A DNA stretch of 32,000 bases from an uncultured Candidatus Saccharibacteria bacterium (GTDB lineage: Bacteria; Patescibacteriota; UBA1384; XYA2-FULL-43-10; 1-14-0-10-43-13): positions 30,001 to 62,000 of the forward strand of contig CAZIYE010000001.1 in the NCBI GenBank assembly GCA_964543385.1, read 5' to 3'. Below, piece after piece: positions 10,255-19,479 of the stretch. The position numbers and the translations under genes were made by a program. Position 1 is the first letter of the stretch. Each line of letters opens with the position of its first letter. The notes under the pieces were generated by a model. It saw only the letters and a program-made list of their open reading frames with translations. It ran no database searches and was not told the origin of the DNA.

Positions 10255-10368
10255 TAGAAAGTATAATCGATATACTGCTTTGACAAAGAAGTCATGTTAT
10301 GGTAATATAAGTAGGTTATATCTGGGGGATTTTTTTATTTATAAAACCTTAAGTTAGGGAACAAAAAG

Positions 10369-12186
10369 ATGGATATCCGAAATGTTGCAATTATCGCTCA
10401 CGTTGACCATGGCAAGACCACCCTTGTTGACGGTTTTTTAAAACAATCAAAAACGTTTCGTGACAACGAAGCTTATATGGATCAAGATTTGATCATGGAC
10501 TCAAATGATCAGGAACGTGAACGTGGTATTACAATCTTGGCAAAAAATACAGCCATTAATTACAAGGGCACGAAGATCAACATTATCGATACTCCTGGGC
10601 ACGCTGATTTTGGTGGCGAAGTAGAACGTACTCTAAATATGGCAGAAGGAGCAATCCTTGTTATTGACGCTCAGGAAGGCCCAATGCCTCAGACCAAATT
10701 TGTGTTGAAAAAGGCTTTTGAGATAGGGCTAAAGATTATAGTTGTTATTAATAAAATCGATAAACCAAATGCTGATATTCCGAAAACTATCGACAAAACA
10801 TATGATCTTTTTCTTGAGCTAGCACTTGATGACTCCCAATTAGATTTTCCAATATATTATGCTATTGGTCGTGAAGGCAAAGCTTGGGATAATCTTCCTG
10901 AAGACGAAAATCAAGATGCCAATTTAGCACCAATTCTTGATGCCGTGATTCAGTATGTTCCAGCACCAAAGAAAAATGATGAAGAGCCGTTTCAGCTCCT
11001 AGTTTCAGCACTTGCTGATGATAATTTCATCGGTAAATATGCGATCGGCAAAATTAATAGAGGCCAAGTTAAGACAGGTCAGCCAGTCTCCCTTGTAAAT
11101 GAAGAGGGTATCATTGAGAATGGTAGGATCGAAAAGATCTTTCAAAACAATGGCCTTAAGAAGATCGAAGTAAAAGAAGCTTTTTCTGGCGATATAGTCT
11201 CGATTGCGGGACTTAGCAAAGCGACAATTGGTAACACAATCACAGATATTAACTCGCCCGAAGCTCTACCAACTATTCAAATCGAAGAACCAACTTTAAA
11301 TATCTCTGTTTATGCCAATACATCACCTTTTGCTGGACGTGAAGGTAAATTTGTTACTGCCCGCCAGCTTTTAGACCGTATCAAGAAAGAGTTAGAAACA
11401 AATGTTTCTATGAAATTTTCTCATGGCGAAGATGGCAACTACGTTCTATCAGGCCGTGGTGAACTTCATTTATCAGTATTTATCGAGGCTTTACGCCGTG
11501 AAGGATATGAGCTTCAAGTAGGTAGACCAGAGGTTATTACAAAGGATGTTGATGGGGAATTAAGCGAACCAGTTGAAGAATTAACTATTGATGTTCAAAA
11601 CGAATATTCAAGCACAGTTATTGGTGAAGTTAGTCGAAGACGTGGTATTTTGCAAAATCAATGTGAAAATGCCGATGGTACCACCAGACTTATCTTTGAA
11701 ATTACCACTCGCGGTACACTTGGATTGAGAAATACTCTTCTTACGGCTTCTAAAGGTACAGCTATTATGAACTCTTTATTCCTAAGATTTGCGCCAATTG
11801 GATCAGCTATTCCTAAATTAAGAAATGGTGTGCTAATTGCCTTCGAAGCTGGTAAGGCAGTAACTTACGGCCTAAATATTGCCCAACAGCGTGGTATTAC
11901 TTTTATTCCTCCTCAAACTGAAGTTTATCCGGGTATGATAGTAGGATTGAATTCACGCGAAGACGATCTTGAGATCAATGTCACAAAAGAAAAGAAATTG
12001 ACCAATGTTCGTGCTTCAAGTTCAGATATTGCCACCATTCTAACACCGCCAACAATATTTTCCCTTGAGCAATGTATAGATTTTCTCGAAAAAGACGAGC
12101 TCTTAGAAGTTACACCGAAATCTCTACGACTTCGCAAGAAGATACTAGATGCCAATTTGCGTATCAAAGCCCGCAAGAATCAATAG
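10369..12186 (+). CDS. typA: Ribosome-associated GTPase TypA/BipA
   Basis: 605 aa; AHVDHGKTTLVD, RGITI, DTPGHADFGGEVERTL, NKIDKPNA, C-terminal domains FLRFAPIGSAIPKLRNGVLIAFEAGKAVTYGL. Confidence 0.97.
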   Translation: MDIRNVAIIAHVDHGKTTLVDGFLKQSKTFRDNEAYMDQDLIMDSNDQERERGITILAKNTAINYKGTKINIIDTPGHADFGGEVERTLNMAEGAILVIDAQEGPMPQTKFVLKKAFEIGLKIIVVINKIDKPNADIPKTIDKTYDLFLELALDDSQLDFPIYYAIGREGKAWDNLPEDENQDANLAPILDAVIQYVPAPKKNDEEPFQLLVSALADDNFIGKYAIGKINRGQVKTGQPVSLVNEEGIIENGRIEKIFQNNGLKKIEVKEAFSGDIVSIAGLSKATIGNTITDINSPEALPTIQIEEPTLNISVYANTSPFAGREGKFVTARQLLDRIKKELETNVSMKFSHGEDGNYVLSGRGELHLSVFIEALRREGYELQVGRPEVITKDVDGELSEPVEELTIDVQNEYSSTVIGEVSRRRGILQNQCENADGTTRLIFEITTRGTLGLRNTLLTASKGTAIMNSLFLRFAPIGSAIPKLRNGVLIAFEAGKAVTYGLNIAQQRGITFIPPQTEVYPGMIVGLNSREDDLEINVTKEKKLTNVRASSSDIATILTPPTIFSLEQCIDFLEKDELLEVTPKSLRLRKKILDANLRIKARKNQ

Positions 12187-12203
12187 CTTGATACTATATT
12201 ATA

Positions 12204-12234
12204 AAAATGAGTAGGTCCCAACCTACTCATTTTT
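12204..12234. terminator. Terminator after typA
   Basis: Perfect 12-bp stem AAAATGAGTAGG / CCTACTCATTTT with a 6-nt loop. Confidence 0.85.
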
Positions 12235-12323
12235 AGTGTTAACGAAATTGTCCACAATCTTAGCTTTACAAGAACAGTACAGAAGCACAGAATTTAAACA
12301 GCATCCGATTAAGGAGGCATGCC

Positions 12324-12530
12324 ATGAAAAACGAATATGGTTATGACCGCCCAGACCCTCAGCCGGATATTGTAAGGACTGAGGTACCATCCTATCCTCC
12401 ACCCATATGCCCAGAAGGGCATGTGGAATTTATCATCCCACTCGGCACAGGATATAGTTGCGCAAAAGCACTATGTCCGATCCGACCGAATGATATCCAA
12501 GATGGCACATGTTGTGCCTGCACAAAGTAA
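12324..12530 (+). CDS. Small orphan Cys-rich protein
   Basis: 68 aa; strong SD AAGGAGG 7-8 nt upstream; cysteines at ICPEG, SCAKALC and TCCAC; hairpin terminator downstream. Confidence 0.6.
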   Translation: MKNEYGYDRPDPQPDIVRTEVPSYPPPICPEGHVEFIIPLGTGYSCAKALCPIRPNDIQDGTCCACTK

Positions 12531-12562
12531 ATGTCGCAGCTTATTTAATGAAACGTTGCAGC

Positions 12563-12597
12563 GGCCGTCCTGATCACTCGGGACGGCCTTTCATTTT
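12563..12597 (+). terminator. GC-rich terminator after the small orphan ORF
   Basis: GGCCGTCC...GGACGGCC followed by TTTCATTTT. Confidence 0.8.
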
Positions 12598-12623
12598 CCC
12601 TTATTCTTGATAGAATATAAGTT

Positions 12624-13349
12624 ATGCAAATACGTTTAAATAAATTTATTTCCGATTCCGGTATAATGTCTCGCCGAAAAGCCGACGAAGCTATTTCAAA
12701 TGGTGAAATATCAGTAAATAACCAGGTAATTTCAGAGCTTGGTATTAAAATTGATCCAGAAAAAGATGCTGTCAAGTTCAATGGACGAAGGGTTAATCAA
12801 AGCACAGAGATCGTTTATTATGCAGTTTACAAACCAAACGGAGTGATTTCTACTGCCCAAGATGAGAAAGGTAGACAAAGCGTTACGGATCTTGTGCCGC
12901 GATTTCCTAGAGTTTATCCAGTTGGTAGACTTGATGCATATTCTGAAGGACTTATGATACTGACTAACGATGGAGATCTAACTCAGAAACTTACTCATCC
13001 TAGTTTCGAACACGAAAAGGAATACGAAGTTACTACTCACATCTCAAACGATGATCTGCGATACAATGTTAATTTGATCGGCCACCTAAAAAAATCCTTT
13101 ATAGAAGGCATGCGGATAGAGGGCAAACTTATGAAAGCAGACAAGATATTTATTAAAGAAAATGATAAATCTCTTGCTTTAGATTTGGTACTGCATACAG
13201 GTTATAACCGCCAAATTAGAAAGATGTGTGCTCAAATTGGCCTAGCCGTCTCCAAGATAAAAAGGATCAGAATAGGTAAGCTGAATCTTCATTCATTGAA
13301 TCTTAAACCAGGTGATTGCAAACAGATCAGTAAGAGTCAAATTATCTAA
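12624..13349 (+). CDS. rRNA large/small subunit pseudouridine synthase, RsuA/RluB family
   Basis: 241 aa; N-terminal S4-like domain RLNKFISDSGIMSRRKADEAI, YPVGRLDAYSEGLMILTNDG, GYNRQIRKM. Confidence 0.93.
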   Translation: MQIRLNKFISDSGIMSRRKADEAISNGEISVNNQVISELGIKIDPEKDAVKFNGRRVNQSTEIVYYAVYKPNGVISTAQDEKGRQSVTDLVPRFPRVYPVGRLDAYSEGLMILTNDGDLTQKLTHPSFEHEKEYEVTTHISNDDLRYNVNLIGHLKKSFIEGMRIEGKLMKADKIFIKENDKSLALDLVLHTGYNRQIRKMCAQIGLAVSKIKRIRIGKLNLHSLNLKPGDCKQISKSQII

Positions 13350-13351
13350 AT

Positions 13352-14347
13352 ATGATTACCAAACTACTACTCCTAGCTTCCATAGTGCTAAACACAGTAG
13401 GATTAAGGTCTCAAGCTCTTGATATTGATAAAAATCTCATACAAAAAGAGACAAATCCTGGTATTCTAGCAGAAGCATCTCTCAACCTACCATTACCAAA
13501 AATATCGATAAAACCGAAATTAGCGATAAATACACCAAAGCCTACGATCTATACAAAAAGTCACATATTAATTGACGAAGAGTCAGGAACAATATTGTCA
13601 GAAAAAGATAAGGATCTGAAACTGCCAATTGCTTCTACGACAAAAATCATGACGGGGATTATTGTCCTAGAAAAATACGATCTTGACGATGTTCTTACAG
13701 TCTCAAAAGAAGCAGCAAGCCAGATAGGTGTTGATCTGCTAACAGTAAAAGGCGAGAAAATTACTGTCCGCAACTTTCTCAAATGTCTTCTGATAAATTC
13801 TTCAAATCGTGCAGCCTTCGCTCTAGCCGAACACTATAATACTGCAAACGAATCCGGGATAACTAAGTTTGTTTCATTGATGAATCAAAAAGCAAAAGAA
13901 TTAGGTATGGTTAATACCGACTATCACGACCCAGCCGGACTTGATGTAACAGGATATTCAACAGCCTATGATTTAACTCTCGTTACAAAATATGCAATGA
14001 AAAATCCAATCTTCGCGGAAATTGTTAAAACAAAAGAAGAGGAAGTCACTGATGTCTCTGGAAAGATTAGATATCAACTTAGAAACTCAAATAGGCTAGT
14101 GAGAGAGTGGAATTATCCTGGAGCCTTGGGAGTAAAGACCGGCTATATGCCAGAAGCAAGCCACACACTAGTAGCTGCGGTTAGAAGAGACGGTCACACT
14201 CTTATTTCTGTAGTACTCTATACTTTTGTCGATACGGCTCCTGCTTCAGCAGAGGAATCGAAAAAATTATTTGACTGGGGATTTAAATACACCAGATGGG
14301 ACGACGAAATAGAACAAGCAGAAGAAGACATAAACGGAGATATATAA
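13352..14347 (+). CDS. D-alanyl-D-alanine carboxypeptidase (PBP5-like serine peptidase S11)
   Basis: 331 aa; SxxK in PIASTTKIMTG, SxN in NSSNRAAFALAEH, KTG in GVKTGYMPEA; N-terminal hydrophobic segment. Confidence 0.93.
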   Translation: MITKLLLLASIVLNTVGLRSQALDIDKNLIQKETNPGILAEASLNLPLPKISIKPKLAINTPKPTIYTKSHILIDEESGTILSEKDKDLKLPIASTTKIMTGIIVLEKYDLDDVLTVSKEAASQIGVDLLTVKGEKITVRNFLKCLLINSSNRAAFALAEHYNTANESGITKFVSLMNQKAKELGMVNTDYHDPAGLDVTGYSTAYDLTLVTKYAMKNPIFAEIVKTKEEEVTDVSGKIRYQLRNSNRLVREWNYPGALGVKTGYMPEASHTLVAAVRRDGHTLISVVLYTFVDTAPASAEESKKLFDWGFKYTRWDDEIEQAEEDINGDI

Positions 14348-14350
14348 GTT

Positions 14351-15052
14351 CTAGTTTAGCTCTTTCTCAACTTCACCCCAGCGCTCCAGAACTACTGCAG
14401 CAGCATCTATTTGAGCTCTTTGTTTCGACGGGCCAGCACCCTCTCCAACCTTTTTATCTCCGAGAAAAGCGCCGACAATAAAAGTCTTGGAGTGATCTGG
14501 TCCTGACTCAGAAATAACGTTGTAAGTAGGTGTTATACCAAACTGATCTTGAGCCAACTCCTGAAACTTACTCTTAGCATCTTGATAAAGACCTTTCTGA
14601 AGAATATTGTCCAATTTATAGCAAATGTTCTCAAGGATAAAATCCGATGCTTTATCAAAGCCTTGATCAAGATAGATTGCGCCAATAAGAGCCTCAAAGG
14701 CATTAGCTAGAATAATATCGCGAGCTTTTCCAACGTTTTTTGCTTCGCCACGTGAAGTTTTAATCAGGGGATCCATCCCGATTCTTTTCGCTTCATGTGA
14801 CAGTGATTCACCTTTTACCAAGGCGCTTCTCCAGTTTGTCAGCTCTCCCTCAGGACGATCATAGGTATCATAAAGATAACGAGTTACGGCCAATTCTAAG
14901 ACAGCATCACCAAGAAACTCGAGCCGCTCATTGTGTACAAGATTTAATGTTTTATGTTCGTTGAGATACGATCTGTGAATAAATACTGTTTCTAGAAGTG
15001 ATTTATCCTTAAATTGTATCCCAATCTTTTCTACAAATTCCTCTAATGTCAT
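14351..15052 (-). CDS. rnc: Ribonuclease III
   Basis: 233 aa; NERLEFLGDAVLEL signature and C-terminal dsRNA-binding domain DAKSKFQELAQ...GPSKQRAQIDAA. Confidence 0.97.
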   Translation of the reverse strand: MTLEEFVEKIGIQFKDKSLLETVFIHRSYLNEHKTLNLVHNERLEFLGDAVLELAVTRYLYDTYDRPEGELTNWRSALVKGESLSHEAKRIGMDPLIKTSRGEAKNVGKARDIILANAFEALIGAIYLDQGFDKASDFILENICYKLDNILQKGLYQDAKSKFQELAQDQFGITPTYNVISESGPDHSKTFIVGAFLGDKKVGEGAGPSKQRAQIDAAAVVLERWGEVEKELN

Positions 15053-15071
15053 TTGTCCTTTCCTAATAATT

Positions 15072-15539
15072 CTACATTTTTATTTTGTGCTTGCCCTCTA
15101 TTTTTTCCTCATATTTTTTATAGATTGTACCAAGTACACCATTTACAAACTTAGATGAACTCTCTCCGCCAAATTCTTTAGATAACTCAACTGCCTCATT
15201 TATTGCTACTTTTGGTGGTACATCTTTGAGATTAAAAAGCTCAAAAACTGCGATACGAAGCACGGTTTTATCAATCAATGAAATTTGATCTATGGGCCAT
15301 TCGGGAGCCGATTCGTCGACGATCTGATCCAGGTCATCCTTAACAAGAGTCACGCCTTCAACTAGGCTGTGAACAAAATCTTTCTCACATTTATTATCAT
15401 ACTCTGTGATATTGCGCTTTTCTATTTCGGAAACGTTAGAATCACTTCTAAAGTCCCATTCGTAGAGAGTTTGCATTGCTATCATACGAGATAAGTGTCT
15501 GTTCATAGATTTCTTTGTTATTTCGGACCTGCCTGCCAT
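15072..15539 (-). CDS. nusB: Transcription antitermination protein NusB
   Basis: 155 aa; MNRHLSRMIAMQTLYEWDF..., DQISLIDKTVLRIAVFEL, KVAINEAVELSKEFGGESSSKFVNGVLG. The true start may be the internal Met 12 (near 15506). Confidence 0.92.
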   Translation of the reverse strand: MAGRSEITKKSMNRHLSRMIAMQTLYEWDFRSDSNVSEIEKRNITEYDNKCEKDFVHSLVEGVTLVKDDLDQIVDESAPEWPIDQISLIDKTVLRIAVFELFNLKDVPPKVAINEAVELSKEFGGESSSKFVNGVLGTIYKKYEEKIEGKHKIKM

Positions 15540-15645
15540 CCCGTACTTCCGTCTGGGCTCAGCCGAGACCGATGATACGGGATCTTCTGTACTGATCCGA
15601 AATCTGTATAATTATTTTAGATGAGATTAAAAAAGAGGCCTAAAA

Positions 15646-15828
15646 TTAGTCCTCTTTTTGCGCAAGTACTTGAGTATCAGAGTAGGTACCACATTTGTAA
15701 CAAACTTTATGAGGTTCCTTTGGCTCATGACATTTTGGACAATATACAAACGCATTTCGCACAACTTTGTCATGCATTCGACGCATGCCCTGCTTCGAAT
15801 TATTTGTTCGTTTCTTTGGTTCTGCCAT
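15646..15828 (-). CDS. rpmF: 50S ribosomal protein L32
   Basis: 60 aa; MAEPKKRTNNSKQGMRR...YCPKCHEPKEPHKVCYKCGTY. Confidence 0.93.
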   Translation of the reverse strand: MAEPKKRTNNSKQGMRRMHDKVVRNAFVYCPKCHEPKEPHKVCYKCGTYSDTQVLAQKED

Positions 15829-15981
15829 TATATTCCTTAAACTTTATAATCTGACGTACTTTTCACTTGGTAAACTAATGTTTATTATTGCATAAACTCT
15901 TTAAAAAATCAACCTCTTGCATTGTTTTAGAGTAGAGAGCTAAAATAAGTTAGACCTAACTAGGTCGGGGAGGGAATGCTA

Positions 15982-16212
15982 ATGGAACAGTGTGGCAAGA
16001 ATGTTCATGCCTGTGCTGAACAAGCGCTTGATAACGGGCACATGTTTAACAACAATGCCAGTTGTCTTGAGTGCGTCAGCACACATATCAGCACCTGTCC
16101 AAAATGCGAAAAGTGGTTGTCCAGCCTTCACCAGGCGATGATCAACCGCGAAATCTCTCACATCCCGGGGCTCTTGAAGCTTCACTCGGCCGTCCAAAAA
16201 CGCGCCGCGTAA
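15982..16212 (+). CDS. Small orphan Cys-rich protein
   Basis: ORF track starts at 15976, but the second ATG at 15982 is better spaced from the GGGGAGGG SD. MEQCGKNVHACAEQ...SCLEC...CPKCEKW; terminator downstream. Confidence 0.55.
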   Translation: MEQCGKNVHACAEQALDNGHMFNNNASCLECVSTHISTCPKCEKWLSSLHQAMINREISHIPGLLKLHSAVQKRAA

Positions 16213-16245
16213 GTGTCTCAACGCTCCAATTGTAGCAACTTCATT

Positions 16246-16282
16246 TACCCCGCAGGACCTGATCTTGCGGGGTAAATATTTT
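16246..16282. terminator. Hairpin shared by the small orphan ORF (+) and leuS (-)
   Basis: ATTTACCCCGCA...TGCGGGGTAAAT followed by an AT-rich T run on + strand. Confidence 0.8.
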
Positions 16283-19207
16283 TTATTTTACAACGATACT
16301 GACAAGCTTCTTTGGAATAATTATCGTTTTGATGACTTCTTTACCTTCAATAAGCTGCTTTATTTTATCGGAGTCAAGAGCAGTTTTCTTTAGTTCTTCA
16401 TCTGATATACCAGAAGAAACCGTTAGCTTATCACGTACCTTACCATTTATTTGAATTACTATTTCAACATTATCAGCAATTAAATACTCGGGATCAGCTT
16501 TTGGCCAATCATGCATCTCAATTGAATCTTTATTTTCGATCATAGCCCAGAGCTCAGAGGCAATATGTGGAGCAGCAGGGTAAAGCAATAGCATAAACTT
16601 GCTATAAGATTCTTTTGAGATCTTACCAGCCTTTTCTATAGCATTGTTTAGTTCCATCAATTTAGCAATATAGGTATTGAATCTAAAACCCTCAATATCT
16701 TCTGAAATACCAACAATCGTTTGGTTTAATTTAATCAGTAGTTCTTTCGAATCTTCGGCGCTGTCTAACTTCTCGATGTTGGCCCAAACCCGTTTCAGGA
16801 ATCTAAAAACTCCCTGTACACCAGCAGTACTCCAAGCGGACTCTTGGTCATAAGGCCCAATAAACATTATGTATGCGCGCAAAGTATCAGCACCATATTC
16901 AGAAGCAATATCGTCAGGGTTGATCACATTGCCAAATGACTTACTCATTTTCCTACCGTCTGGTCCAAGAATAATACCATGCGCAATTCTCTTAGCATAA
17001 GGCTCGCTTGTTGGAGCAATATTTAAATCATGAAGAAATTTATGCCAGAATCTCGAATAGAGAAGATGAAGAGTAGTATGTTCCATTCCACCATTATATA
17101 TATCGACAGGAGTCCAATATTCGAGTTTATCAGTCGCTGCTAGCTGAGCTTTATTCTCAGGATCGCAATAACGAAGGAAATACCAAGATGATCCCGCCCA
17201 GTTTGGCATAGTATCAGTCTCACGTTTTGCATCCCCACCACATTTTGGACACTTTGTATCAACCCAATCAGCAATAGCAGCCAGTGGGGACTCTCCCGTA
17301 TCTGTTGGTTCATATTTATCAACGTCAGGCAGAGTTAGCGGTAGCTGATCATCAGATAGTGGTACCATGCCACATTTATCACAATGAACTATAGGAATTG
17401 GCTCACCCCAATAATGCTGACGAGAAAATATCCAATCACGTAATTTAAAATTAACGGCCTTTTTGCCAACATTATGATCTTCGAGCCAACTAATCATCTT
17501 TTCTTTAGCTTGTTTTGACGGCAGATCATCAATAAAGTCAGAATTTACAGAAATGCCCAAATCAGAAAAGGCTTTCTCGCCCTCAACATAAGTAGTCCAA
17601 TAATACAGGTGATTTTCAAGATTTATAAAATTGTCTACCTTACTTTTCTCCACCCAGATTCCTTTATGATTTTTGATTTCTTCTGGATTAGGCTCAATAA
17701 ATTTATCCGATCCAAGCTCGATGAAAAAGGCACTAAAAACACCATATCGATTAACATTTTTATGACTGGCAAAGAAGGTATTATGAGTTGTAAAACCCAC
17801 TCTCTTTACCGACTTAATATCCTGATAACCAGTCTCTTCTTTCACTTCACGAACTATCGCTTCATCTTCTTTTTCGCCATCCTCAACACCACCGATAACA
17901 AAAGAATGCCAATCAAACTTCTCCCAGTCAAGTAAGTAGTATTTATCTTCACTCCAATGTTTGATGATACCTATGACAGCGTTTCTTCTGATAGTTTCCT
18001 TATCTTTCCTCGTTGCATCCCGACCAGTATTATTCTCAAAAAACGGAGCCACTACCTGCTTTATTTCAATATTATATTTTTTTGCAAATTCTAAATCACG
18101 CTCATCATGCGCAGGAACAGCCATGATAGCACCAGTTCCATAGCTTGCAAGAACATAGTCAGCAACATAGATAGGGATCTCCTCGTCATTAACTGGATTT
18201 ATTGCATAGACACCATATAGTTTGACTCCTGTCTTCTCTTTTTGCAATTCGGTTCGCTCAAGATCAGATTTCTTTTTTGCCTTATCTATATAGACTTTAA
18301 TCTCATCAAAATTTTGTATATGGTGACCGAGCTTACTAACGATTGGATGCTCAGGAGACACTACAAGATAAGTGCAACCAAAAAGCGTATCAGGTCTAGT
18401 AGTAAAGACCTCTATCTGCTCATCTGAGACAGTACCACTGAGGGATTTAACAACAAAATCTACATTTGCTCCGATTGATTTTCCGATCCAGTTAACTTGC
18501 TGGGTTTTTATTTTTTCTAGGTAATCTACTGTATCTAGATCTTTGATTAATCTGTCTGCATAAGCAGTAATACGAAGCATCCATTGCTTTTGTTTTCTTT
18601 TCTCGGCTTGAGTACCACATCGCTCGCAATTGCCGGAAATAACTTCTTCATTTGCAAGTACAACTTTACAAGAAGGACACCAGTTCACAGGCATTTCAGC
18701 TTGAAAGGCCAAACGAGGAGTAGAAGTATCATCGTCAGCAACCTCTATTAATTTACCATCGACAACTGCGTGCTTGTAAAACTGTAAAAATATCCACTGG
18801 GTCCATTTATAATATTGAGGATCTGTAGTATTTACTTCTCGGCTCCAATCAAAAGCAAGGCCCAACGACTTCATCTGCTTTTTAAACGTCTCGACATTAT
18901 TTTTTGTAGCAACTGCCGGCTTGATCTTGTTCTTTATGGCAAAGTTTTCTGTTGGCAAGCCAAAAGCATCCCAACCGATAGGGTACATAGTATTGTAGCC
19001 TTGCATTCGCTTCATTCGACAATAAGCATCTGAGGCACCGTAACCCATACAATGGCCAACATGAAGACCAGCGCCAGAAGGATAGGGGAACTCTACTAGA
19101 TGGTAGTGCTTTGGTTTTTTAGAAAAATCTTCCGATTTTCCATAATTATTTTCTTCCCAAATCTTCTGCCACTTAGCTTCGATTTCTGTGAAATTATAAT
19201 CTTTCAT
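16283..19207 (-). CDS. leuS: Leucyl-tRNA synthetase with an embedded Nudix domain
   Basis: 974 aa; YPSGAGLHVGHCMGY, GTGAIMAVPAHDERD editing motif, DWIFSRQHYWGEPIP, GRKMSKSFGNVI, C-terminal anticodon-binding region. Confidence 0.97.
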   Translation of the reverse strand: MKDYNFTEIEAKWQKIWEENNYGKSEDFSKKPKHYHLVEFPYPSGAGLHVGHCMGYGASDAYCRMKRMQGYNTMYPIGWDAFGLPTENFAIKNKIKPAVATKNNVETFKKQMKSLGLAFDWSREVNTTDPQYYKWTQWIFLQFYKHAVVDGKLIEVADDDTSTPRLAFQAEMPVNWCPSCKVVLANEEVISGNCERCGTQAEKRKQKQWMLRITAYADRLIKDLDTVDYLEKIKTQQVNWIGKSIGANVDFVVKSLSGTVSDEQIEVFTTRPDTLFGCTYLVVSPEHPIVSKLGHHIQNFDEIKVYIDKAKKKSDLERTELQKEKTGVKLYGVYAINPVNDEEIPIYVADYVLASYGTGAIMAVPAHDERDLEFAKKYNIEIKQVVAPFFENNTGRDATRKDKETIRRNAVIGIIKHWSEDKYYLLDWEKFDWHSFVIGGVEDGEKEDEAIVREVKEETGYQDIKSVKRVGFTTHNTFFASHKNVNRYGVFSAFFIELGSDKFIEPNPEEIKNHKGIWVEKSKVDNFINLENHLYYWTTYVEGEKAFSDLGISVNSDFIDDLPSKQAKEKMISWLEDHNVGKKAVNFKLRDWIFSRQHYWGEPIPIVHCDKCGMVPLSDDQLPLTLPDVDKYEPTDTGESPLAAIADWVDTKCPKCGGDAKRETDTMPNWAGSSWYFLRYCDPENKAQLAATDKLEYWTPVDIYNGGMEHTTLHLLYSRFWHKFLHDLNIAPTSEPYAKRIAHGIILGPDGRKMSKSFGNVINPDDIASEYGADTLRAYIMFIGPYDQESAWSTAGVQGVFRFLKRVWANIEKLDSAEDSKELLIKLNQTIVGISEDIEGFRFNTYIAKLMELNNAIEKAGKISKESYSKFMLLLYPAAPHIASELWAMIENKDSIEMHDWPKADPEYLIADNVEIVIQINGKVRDKLTVSSGISDEELKKTALDSDKIKQLIEGKEVIKTIIIPKKLVSIVVK

Positions 19208-19313
19208 TTGGCCTCAACTTTTCAGTCTTATAACTTGATAAATTATAACTTCAATCTACCACTTTATCGCCTTGAATTCAATTTCAAATTATTGTAGAAT
19301 CAATTGTATTCGT

Positions 19314-19390
19314 GGGCCCTTAGCTCAGTTGGCTAGAGCGCCTCCATGGCATGGAGGAGGCCAAGGGTTCAAGTCCCTTAGGGTCCACCA
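19314..19390 (+). tRNA. tRNA-Ala (anticodon GGC), 3' CCA encoded
   Basis: GGGCCCT acceptor pairs with AGGGTCC; D arm GCTCAGTTGGCTAGAGC; anticodon stem CCTCC-ATGGCAT-GGAGG; T arm AAGGGTTCAAGTCCCTT; discriminator A + CCA. Confidence 0.95.
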
Positions 19391-19423
19391 AAAAATAACT
19401 AGTCTAGGACTAGTTATTTTTTG
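19391..19423. terminator. Terminator after tRNA-Ala
   Basis: Perfect 14-bp stem AAAAATAACTAGTC / GACTAGTTATTTTT with loop TAG. Confidence 0.85.
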
Positions 19424-19479
19424 TTAGTTTACATTATATGCTTAGTGAATTTAACCTCGTTTTAAGACAGAATAACTAG

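Noticed and set aside
48-15828. Alternative genetic code (UGA recoding as in Gracilibacteria/Absconditabacteria)
   Set aside because: Housekeeping ORFs translate full length with the standard code and no required in-frame TGA; UGA is used as a stop in the adk tail (49-51).
15979-16221. Minus-strand 80-aa ORF opposite the small Cys-rich ORF
   Set aside because: The plus-strand frame has the strong SD and better terminator placement. The minus frame has no visible SD and no recognisable motif.
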